DNA from: Desulfurococcaceae archaeon
Lineage (GTDB): Archaea > Thermoproteota > Thermoprotei_A > Sulfolobales > Desulfurococcaceae
Reading direction: 5' to 3'
DNA length: 64,000 bases
NCBI GenBank assembly: GCA_038845865.1
Contig: JAWBQJ010000004.1
Location: forward strand, 77,689 to 141,688
The translations under genes and the position numbers were made by a program. The notes under the pieces are model-generated. The model did not search any database. It was not told the DNA's origin and was given only the letters and a program-made list of their open reading frames with translations. Of the stretch, positions 57,294 to 64,000 are shown piece after piece; position 1 is the first letter of the stretch, and each line of letters begins with the position of its first letter.

Positions 57294-58543
57294 AGCCGGG
57301 TACAAGCCCCCTTATACCCGTAGAGTATTAGTGTGATCTGCAGTAGCAAGAGCAGGACCAGGATGTTCCTAGTTAACGCCATTAGCTGAGCCGAGGAGCC
57401 CAGGATCCAGGGATTTCCACCGCGCTGCATCTCGGCGAAAAATTCTACAATTAGCGCCGCGTTAAAAAGATCGGCAATGGCGTACTCTAGCAGTAAAAAG
57501 CCCTTCAAAGCCAGCACCGCGAGAGGCAGTAACACGATGAGCATTTGAGGCGAGAAGACGTAATTGAACACTATTAACGCGGAGGTGTATGCATAAGCGT
57601 ACCTGATATCCAGCTCTACGCGTGGCTCGTATCTAGCCAGTAACAGCTTTGTTAATACAGCTACGTACAAACCCGAGAATACTGGGTAGAGGTATCTGTG
57701 GAGCGGAGACCAGATATCCTGGATGAACACCATGTAGATGCAGTTTTCACAATACCATGTCGCGTGATGCTCGATGAACTTGAAGAACCCCTGCGGTGCG
57801 ATGACGTAAAGTAGGAGTAGGGGTAGTAGCCCCGTTAATGAGAATCCAAGAGTGTACTTGAATAAATGGTGGAATTTCCTGTTAATGAATGCCAGCTTCA
57901 CGAAGAAGTAGTAGGCTATACCCGCGGTAAGTAGCTTCGCGGAAAAAGACGCACCTAGTAGTAGCCCTCCCTCTAGATACCTCTGATCAGTTAAAGCCAG
58001 CATCCCCAGTAACGCCAAGGATATCGTGGCGATGTCCCAATTATATACAAGGTACAAGATTAACGTGGGGGTAATTAGGGCGAAGACAGCTCGCAAAGGC
58101 TTTTGGCGCGTTTTTAGCGCGAGCTTATTAAGCGTAGATGCGTATGCTAGTAGGAATGCGAGGCTAAAAGTAGCCTGCACGTAGTAGTGAATGCGCGCAG
58201 CGGTGTTCAGGTCTCTGCTAACAGCAAACGCTATACACGTGGAGAGTGCCCACGTGAAGCCAGTTAGTGGAGGGTACTCGAAGTGATAGTCTATGTATGG
58301 TATCGGGCAAAAGGCATCCCCCCGGATAAACGCAGCAAACTTTTCTCCATTAAACCAGAACTTCCCCGCACTGGGCGAGAACCTCTGGTAGAAGACGCCG
58401 TACACCACGTCGCTGTATTTTAAACCCCACAGTTCCATGACTACGGGCGTTGCGGGATCGTGCAGATACGTGGAAATGGACCACACCAGTAGGGATAGTA
58501 CCACTAAGACCGCCCCGCTCCTCGTCGTAGAGCAGTTATGCAT
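57233..58543 (-). CDS. GT-C-like integral membrane protein (putative glycosyltransferase, DUF2029-like)
   Basis: 436 aa with more than 10 TM helices. It sits 5 nt downstream of a PA14-like gene. Confidence 0.4.
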   Translation of the reverse strand: MHNCSTTRSGAVLVVLSLLVWSISTYLHDPATPVVMELWGLKYSDVVYGVFYQRFSPSAGKFWFNGEKFAAFIRGDAFCPIPYIDYHFEYPPLTGFTWALSTCIAFAVSRDLNTAARIHYYVQATFSLAFLLAYASTLNKLALKTRQKPLRAVFALITPTLILYLVYNWDIATISLALLGMLALTDQRYLEGGLLLGASFSAKLLTAGIAYYFFVKLAFINRKFHHLFKYTLGFSLTGLLPLLLLYVIAPQGFFKFIEHHATWYCENCIYMVFIQDIWSPLHRYLYPVFSGLYVAVLTKLLLARYEPRVELDIRYAYAYTSALIVFNYVFSPQMLIVLLPLAVLALKGFLLLEYAIADLFNAALIVEFFAEMQRGGNPWILGSSAQLMALTRNILVLLLLLQITLILYGYKGACTRLYSFSTLMCFTTPSSTPTTA

Positions 58544-58547
58544 GCGA

Positions 58548-59309
58548 TTACCCCAGCGAAAAGCGTAACTCGTAGACGTCCCCGCCCCACATGAGTAAAG
58601 GGTGCTGCGTTCTGTACACTAGCTGGTTCTTATCGTCGTAAATTGAGACCAGGCATTTGAACGGCTGTTCGTTGTACTTCAGCTCAATAGTGCACATGTT
58701 GTTTATACCCATGCATTTTTTCACCTCAACAGGCACCGGTGACTCTATGGGAGTAAGCACGGTGACGTAGTAATCCGGTATATTTGTTATAAAGACGTGC
58801 TCTCCGAGGGAGAAGTAAAGCGCTTCGCGCGGTATCTCTTCCAGCATGCCTTCTTGCTTCTCCCAGCTCACCCGTATTTCTCCGAGTCTTTGCGCGTTGC
58901 AGTACAGTAGCCTCAACCGGTGGAAGCCCTTACGTAGAGGTAGGGGTAGACTGGCGAGCTTTTGCAACCTGTTTGGGTTCCAGGAGCTGATGGTTAATGA
59001 CTCGTCAATCCACAGCTTAACTCCTCCATTAGCGACGACGTGAAGTCTGTAGAGGCCCTCTTCAACTACTTCTAAAAAACCACTGAACTCCACGATGTAC
59101 TTTTCGCTCTTCACCTTTTCATGGGGTTTATTTAACCATATGTGGTTTAAGTTCACGAATACCGACTCCGCCACGCTTGTTAGGTGGTTTACATCGTCTG
59201 GAGGAGCACCTTTCCACTCGTAGAAACGCGCCAGGACCCCCTTGAACAGCCCCGATTTAACCTTTTCGAGGGAAATGCTGAGCCTGCTGATCAAAAGAGC
59301 ACCTTGCAC
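58548..59309 (-). CDS. PA14-like domain protein
   Basis: 253 aa with a beta-rich pattern (GLYRLHVVANGGVKLWIDESL...GFHRLRLLY) reminiscent of PA14 carbohydrate-binding domains. Confidence 0.35.
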   Translation of the reverse strand: MQGALLISRLSISLEKVKSGLFKGVLARFYEWKGAPPDDVNHLTSVAESVFVNLNHIWLNKPHEKVKSEKYIVEFSGFLEVVEEGLYRLHVVANGGVKLWIDESLTISSWNPNRLQKLASLPLPLRKGFHRLRLLYCNAQRLGEIRVSWEKQEGMLEEIPREALYFSLGEHVFITNIPDYYVTVLTPIESPVPVEVKKCMGINNMCTIELKYNEQPFKCLVSIYDDKNQLVYRTQHPLLMWGGDVYELRFSLG

Positions 59310-59433
59310 TAACCGATAACCAATATTCTGCTACCGTTATCGAGGTATATAAGCCCTTTAGGGAATAAAGGTAGTTCTAGGTGCTAGGAGATGTTATTTA
59401 ACTAGGCGTAGTAAATGGCTAACTGAGCTAGGC

Positions 59434-60669
59434 TTGCTCGAAAAAATCCGCATCAGGGCATGGATAAAACCTTTAAATAACAACGAAATCCTCCTCTGGA
59501 ACGACACTGGCACGGCTAGGATACGTGTAACTTGTAACTCCGATTTACTAGCCTCTCTCCCTTGTGGTAGCCTAGTGGAGATTACAGGTAAGATCGGCAT
59601 TAACGGGATTTGCATAGAGTTCGTCAAGCTTATTCACAGGCCCATCCGCGAGGACCTGGCATGCGTCGAGCACGTTCCGGAAGACCCCCTAGAATACACT
59701 CTAAGGCACCACATTTACGTAAGGCGACCCGAAGTCCTCAAAGCCGTGAAGACGTACTTCCACGTCGTAAACTACATGAGGACGTTCCTGGTCAAACGGG
59801 GATTTGTCGAGCTACCTACCGTGGTGTTGGGGCACGCTAGTGATCCCGGGTTACGGGGGGCCTCCAAGGTGGCGGTAGAGCTTTATGGCAGGCCGTTTGA
59901 ACTACAGAGTAGCGTGATCATGTACAAACAGCTATACGCAAGCGTACTTGACAAGGTCTTCTACGTAGCGAAGAACGTGAGATTAGAGCCCCCTGAAATG
60001 GCGTTTACCGGCAGACACTTAGTAGAGTTCACCCAAGTAGACGTGGAGTGCGCCGATTCAACAAGTGACGAGCTCATAAGGCTCGGCGAGGTGGCCTTGT
60101 ACAAGACTGTAAAGCACGTTGTGAACAAGCACGGTGAACTACTTGGTGATAGGGAAATTGAGAGAATAGAGCTTGAGGTCTCAGCACCGCCTTACCCCAG
60201 GCTAACATATGATGAAGCTATTAGAGAGGCGCTGAAAATGGGTATCAATGTAAGACAAGGACAGGAGTTGACCTTTGAAGCTGAAGCGGCCATCGCTAAC
60301 AAGTACGGTTCACCGGTCTGGATCGTGGGGTTTCCGAGCAGGAGTAGGGGTTTCTATTACATCGAAGACCCGGAGAGGCCGGGATACAATGTCGATTACA
60401 ACTTGTTACTGCCTAGTGGTCACGGGGAAGTGCTAGATGGCGGTTGTAGGGAGTACGCGTATGAACGCGTAGTAGAGAGCATAGTTAAAAGGCATGGAGA
60501 AAGCCCGGAAAAGTACAGGTGGTTCTTGGAGCTACTAGAAGCCGGGTTGATAAGACCAACCTGCGGCTGGGGTCTTGGAGTAGAAAGGCTGGTAAAGTAC
60601 TTACAGGGCTTAAAGCACATCGCGTACGCTACACCACATCCAAGGATTCCCGGAATTATCGGTCCCTGA
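59434..60669 (+). CDS. class IIb aminoacyl-tRNA synthetase (aspartyl/asparaginyl-tRNA ligase)
   Basis: It has an N-terminal OB-fold anticodon-binding domain, motif 2 (GRHLVEFTQVDVE) and motif 3 (GWGLGVERLV). Confidence 0.7.
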   Translation: MLEKIRIRAWIKPLNNNEILLWNDTGTARIRVTCNSDLLASLPCGSLVEITGKIGINGICIEFVKLIHRPIREDLACVEHVPEDPLEYTLRHHIYVRRPEVLKAVKTYFHVVNYMRTFLVKRGFVELPTVVLGHASDPGLRGASKVAVELYGRPFELQSSVIMYKQLYASVLDKVFYVAKNVRLEPPEMAFTGRHLVEFTQVDVECADSTSDELIRLGEVALYKTVKHVVNKHGELLGDREIERIELEVSAPPYPRLTYDEAIREALKMGINVRQGQELTFEAEAAIANKYGSPVWIVGFPSRSRGFYYIEDPERPGYNVDYNLLLPSGHGEVLDGGCREYAYERVVESIVKRHGESPEKYRWFLELLEAGLIRPTCGWGLGVERLVKYLQGLKHIAYATPHPRIPGIIGP

Positions 60670-60724
60670 AGAGTTAATTAGACCTCGTATACAAAGATTT
60701 CTTGGACCCCCAGGCTGGTATTCT

Positions 60725-61993
60725 ATGTTTGACCCCGAGGATGTCAGGAAAGACTTCCCGATACTGGAAAGGTCAATTAACGGCAAGAAACTGATTTACT
60801 TTGACAATGCCGCTTCAGCGCAAAAGCCAATACATGTCATCAAGGCCATGGAGGAGTTCATTAAGACCCACTATGCTAACGTTCATCGGGGATTGCATAC
60901 GCTTAGCCAGGAGGCGAGTCAAGCGTATGAAGAAGCCCATGAAGTGGTTGCAAAGTTCATTAATGCATACTCTTGGCGCGAAGTAATATTCGTGAACAAT
61001 ACAACCGAGGCCATTAACACGGTTGCATACGGCTGGGGTCTTTGGAACCTGAAAGAAGGCGACGAGGTGGTTGTAACCTTAATGGACCATCACAGCAACA
61101 TGTTACCATGGAGGCTCATAGCGCAGCTAAAACGGGCAAAGGTAAAATACGTTGATATTACGCAGGACGGCTACTTAAGATACGACCAGCTAGAGGACCT
61201 CATAACCGAGAGGACCAGGATCGTGGGATTCCCCGTGGCGAGCAACGTTCTCGGAACAATAAACGATGCAAAGAGGATTGCTAAGTTAGCGCACGAAGTG
61301 GGTGCAATAGTTGTAGCTGATGGTGCACAAAGCGTTCCCCACGTGCCTACGAATGTCCGCGAACTCGGAGTGGACTTTTTGGCTTTTAGTGGCCATAAAA
61401 TGCTTGGCCCAACGGGCATAGGGGTACTTTGGGGGAGGGAGGACGTCCTCGAAGAAATGAAGCCGTTTAAAGTGGGTGGTGATACGATCAAGGACGTAAC
61501 GCTAGACAGCATTGTCTGGCACGACCTACCCTGGAGGTTTGAAGCTGGAACTCCGAACATCGTAGAAGGCATAGGCCTTGCAGAAGCCGTCAAGTACTTA
61601 TCACACATAGGGATGGAGAACGTCAGAGAGCACGAAGTAGAGCTGATAAAGTATACGTTTAAGAGGTTCGAAGAGCTGCTCGGTGAAATAGAATACTATG
61701 GCCCCAGGAATCCCCGCGATAAAACCGGAGTGGTATCATTTAATATCAAGGGTTTAAATCACCACACGGTTGCAGCAGCCCTAGACATGTTCGGTATAGC
61801 AGTTAGGTCGGGCATGCACTGCGCACATCCACTACACTACAGGCTGGGGTTAAAAGGCTCTGTGAGGGCGAGTTACTATCTCTACAACACACTAGAAGAA
61901 GTAGACTACTTTATCGACTCGCTAGAAAAGATAATTGTCCTCAAAGAAGGCCTTTCAAAGGAAGTACCTAGTAGGGTATGCACGGGTACGTAG
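60725..61993 (+). CDS. sufS: cysteine desulfurase, SufS-type (class V aminotransferase)
   Basis: The PLP lysine sits in SGHKMLGPTGIGVLWG and the catalytic Cys in MHCAH. Confidence 0.85.
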   Translation: MFDPEDVRKDFPILERSINGKKLIYFDNAASAQKPIHVIKAMEEFIKTHYANVHRGLHTLSQEASQAYEEAHEVVAKFINAYSWREVIFVNNTTEAINTVAYGWGLWNLKEGDEVVVTLMDHHSNMLPWRLIAQLKRAKVKYVDITQDGYLRYDQLEDLITERTRIVGFPVASNVLGTINDAKRIAKLAHEVGAIVVADGAQSVPHVPTNVRELGVDFLAFSGHKMLGPTGIGVLWGREDVLEEMKPFKVGGDTIKDVTLDSIVWHDLPWRFEAGTPNIVEGIGLAEAVKYLSHIGMENVREHEVELIKYTFKRFEELLGEIEYYGPRNPRDKTGVVSFNIKGLNHHTVAAALDMFGIAVRSGMHCAHPLHYRLGLKGSVRASYYLYNTLEEVDYFIDSLEKIIVLKEGLSKEVPSRVCTGT

Positions 61994-62067
61994 AGCACTA
62001 GAAACGGGTATGCGAGGTAAAAGTTAAAAAGAGTGTTAATTGAAGAGTTAGTAGTCCCCGTTTACCG

Positions 62068-62238
62068 TTACTCCTTAACTGGCCCTAGTATTCTGGCGAA
62101 TTTCTTGCCAGTGTATGGACTAACCGCGAAGGCAATCTTTATTTTGCCTCTCTTCGTCTCCTTCACTACGACCTCGTACTTGTCTGTTTCAAAGTACTGC
62201 TTTGCCTTTAGGTCGAAGAACTTTAGTTTCTCGGGCAT
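62068..62238 (-). CDS. unannotated 56-aa lysine-rich small protein, Cren7-like
   Basis: The minus-strand ORF ATG...TAA encodes MPEKLKFFDLKAKQYFETDKYEVVVKETKRGKIKIAFAVSPYTGKKFARILGPVKE. Its C-terminal half aligns to Cren7 (RGKIKIAFAVSPYTGKKFARI versus [19 protein letters not shown]). It is below the 60-aa cutoff of the ORF track, and a TATA-like ttaaaag lies about 45 nt upstream. Confidence 0.45.
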   Translation of the reverse strand: MPEKLKFFDLKAKQYFETDKYEVVVKETKRGKIKIAFAVSPYTGKKFARILGPVKE

Positions 62239-62619
62239 GTCCTTCACCCATTATTCAACATTATTCTTTACTACCTGTGCTTTTAAGCTTAATTTTTTGC
62301 TTACACCTTATCCACGTGCACACTTTAATATAAAAAATAATGTAAAAGTAAATAATATTAATATTATGAAGAAGCCGTATTCAAAGTTGGATCGCGTAGC
62401 GCGAAAAATAATCTCATATGTAGATTATTATTAGGTGTCATTGAAAAGTGTAGCATTACATTGAACTAATAGCTACCATTAAGCTGGAGATATTACATTC
62501 GTTTTGTATAAAAGCGTTAGATCGTCGAAACGGGGCGATGCAGCCTCCTTGAGGTAGCGTAACTTGCCCTATAATCGGTAATTAGTTTATGCAGTGAAAT
62601 TAGTAGATTTAATATGTCA

Positions 62620-63171
62620 TTAAACATTTAGCTCTTCGTAAGCTGGCTCTTTCTTGCCGATAATGTCGCAGACCCCGAGACTATCGTAAACAATAACCGT
62701 GTATTTCACCTCGGCATTTTTAGCCTTCCCCAATAGAGATGATAGTTCACTACACTTGTCCCTTGGCGCGTCTTCTTGTTCGCAGAGGTAGTTTAATGCA
62801 TAGATGAAGTCTAGTATAAGGCCCTCTATGGTCGTAATGTAACCTTGAGAGCTTATGCCCGGTTCTACGGTGAGACCTAGCTCTGGAATTTCAATTTTAC
62901 AGGTAGAGCTTTTTACTAGTAGGGCGTTTTCATCTCCTGGTTCCTCGACCCTGTATACTATCTTCCTCGGATTGCTCTTACCTAGGACCAGGACATCCCT
63001 ATGCTTGAACCCGCAAGAAGGGCATTCCGCGGTAGATATGATTACATCGCCGTAGTATGCAATACTGTACTTGTAGTCCAGAACACGTAATTCGTAACCG
63101 CAAAGAGGGCATTTCGATGTGTACTCTGCTAGTTTTTCAGGCACCTCTCCACAGCACATAATTAGCACCAC
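62620..63171 (-). CDS. ZPR1-like zinc-finger protein
   Basis: Contains a CPLCG...CPSCG zinc-ribbon pair followed by a beta-rich domain, as in archaeal ZPR1 homologues. Confidence 0.5.
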   Translation of the reverse strand: MVLIMCCGEVPEKLAEYTSKCPLCGYELRVLDYKYSIAYYGDVIISTAECPSCGFKHRDVLVLGKSNPRKIVYRVEEPGDENALLVKSSTCKIEIPELGLTVEPGISSQGYITTIEGLILDFIYALNYLCEQEDAPRDKCSELSSLLGKAKNAEVKYTVIVYDSLGVCDIIGKKEPAYEELNV

Positions 63172-63206
63172 TATGCAGAAGTATGGTAATGTAGTGCCTT
63201 TTTAAT

Positions 63207-64000
63207 TCACATCGCACCCTGACGGCTGAGGTCAATTAAATGGGAACCATCACAGGTAGGAGCGTTGAAGAAGCCGGAACCAAGCCCTTCTCTACACGTC
63301 GCATAGGTAAGATTATACTTCTTTGCGGGCTCAATAACCAGTTGTAGAAGAAGCCTCCTAGTGCTTCGAGGCAAATACAAGTAACCGTGTACTAGGCTGC
63401 CCAGTTCGCCATACAGCCTGTAAACCTTCCGTGCTACCTCGGGAATTCCTTCGGCAATTCTCTTCAGGGTACTCCACCTCGCCTTGTAAGTCGAGGTAAC
63501 AATGTGCATTGCACCCGCCTCTACAACCCTACCTACTAACTCCTCGATCGCGTAGTAGTCGTCGTTAACAAATGGTATTATCGGGTCTAACCTCACGCCC
63601 ACCGGGATACCCTGTTTTCTCAGCTCACGGAGAGCGTTAAGCCTCTTTTGAGGTGAGGGGGCACCAGGCTCTATGGCCTTAGCTATCTTCTCGTCGAGCG
63701 TTGTAATGGTGATCATGACAGCCGAGGAGGCTTTCAACAGCAGGTCTACGTCCCTGGTGACGAGGTCTGATTTTGTCGTGATGAGTATCTTTACACCTCG
63801 CCTTGAAAGGAGCTCCAAGGTTCTACGCGTTAAACCAAGCTTCTCCTCGATAGGGGGGTAAGGATCACTACTAGTACTTAACTCTACGAGGGTACCTTGT
63901 CTAATCCTCGTTAGGTCTCTTGCTAAGTTTTCTAAGAACCGATTCTTAGGGTAGCTCTCCTTGACACCAATGTACGATGATGCATAGCAGTACAAACATA
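63207..64000 (-). CDS. radical SAM protein, SplB/DNA-repair-photolyase-like (N-terminus runs off the window)
   Basis: The reading frame continues past the TTG at 63995. The codon at 63996..63998 is Cys, giving C-L-Y-C-Y, which fits the CxxxCxYCY cluster motif. The C-terminal region is TIM-barrel-like. Confidence 0.55.
   Translation of the reverse strand, partial: CLYCYASSYIGVKESYPKNRFLENLARDLTRIRQGTLVELSTSSDPYPPIEEKLGLTRRTLELLSRRGVKILITTKSDLVTRDVDLLLKASSAVMITITTLDEKIAKAIEPGAPSPQKRLNALRELRKQGIPVGVRLDPIIPFVNDDYYAIEELVGRVVEAGAMHIVTSTYKARWSTLKRIAEGIPEVARKVYRLYGELGSLVHGYLYLPRSTRRLLLQLVIEPAKKYNLTYATCREGLGSGFFNAPTCDGSHLIDLSRQGAM

Noticed and set aside
62239-62619. Replication origin (oriC) hypothesis for the AT-rich tract
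   Set aside because: Only one weak ORB-like element is present, with no inverted ORB pair, and no orc1/cdc6 gene lies nearby. It is kept only as a low-interest finding.
1-64000. CRISPR arrays or other regularly spaced direct repeats
   Set aside because: Scanning by eye finds no repeat-spacer periodicity anywhere. The only short tandem structure is the coding PQ-linker repeat at 2282..2352.

Overview
This 64-kb window is crenarchaeal (Thermoprotei-like) chromosome at about 52% GC, tightly packed with housekeeping genes. Lineage markers are Cren7, archaeal GAPDH, aRF1, ribosomal protein L40e and a CdvB-like/Vps4 pair.

The identifiable content, in order:
- endonuclease V, L40e and aRF1
- a 13-gene Mbh-type energy-converting [NiFe] hydrogenase/Mrp operon (nuoB/C/D/I/H-like plus MrpB-G/D-like subunits) with hypF directly upstream
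- a dispersed molybdenum-cofactor set: moaA, moaC, a moaD-moaE fusion, mogA and moeA
- pheT (co-transcribed with an M28-like peptidase) and, 12 kb away, pheS
- gap-pgk
- cren7 with a strong promoter, a CdvB-like ESCRT-III gene and vps4
- a family III CoA-transferase and ggt
- a radical-SAM gene and a Sun-family RNA m5C methyltransferase
- an oppABCDF-type ABC transporter
- argS, an EamA transporter, a ThiL-like gene, ttuA/ncsA-like, an Asp/Asn-tRNA synthetase and sufS

The main anomaly is the first ~5.4 kb. It is only ~38-40% GC and ends at the 3' end of a tRNA-Arg(GCG) gene. It carries a compact + strand four-gene module: an SPFH/band-7-like protein with a PQ-rich linker and C-terminal SHOCT domain, two zinc-ribbon/coiled-coil proteins and a small 3-4 TM protein. 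It also carries AT-rich, decayed copies of mrpF and a frameshifted mrpG. This is my best candidate for an undescribed, horizontally acquired membrane-associated system.

Other points worth a second look:
- a missed 56-aa Cren7-like small ORF
- a candidate C/D-box sRNA
- an mbhK/nuoC homologue whose conserved N-terminus has no start codon
- a Cys-to-Asp change in the second zinc finger of HypF
- two unusually long non-coding gaps
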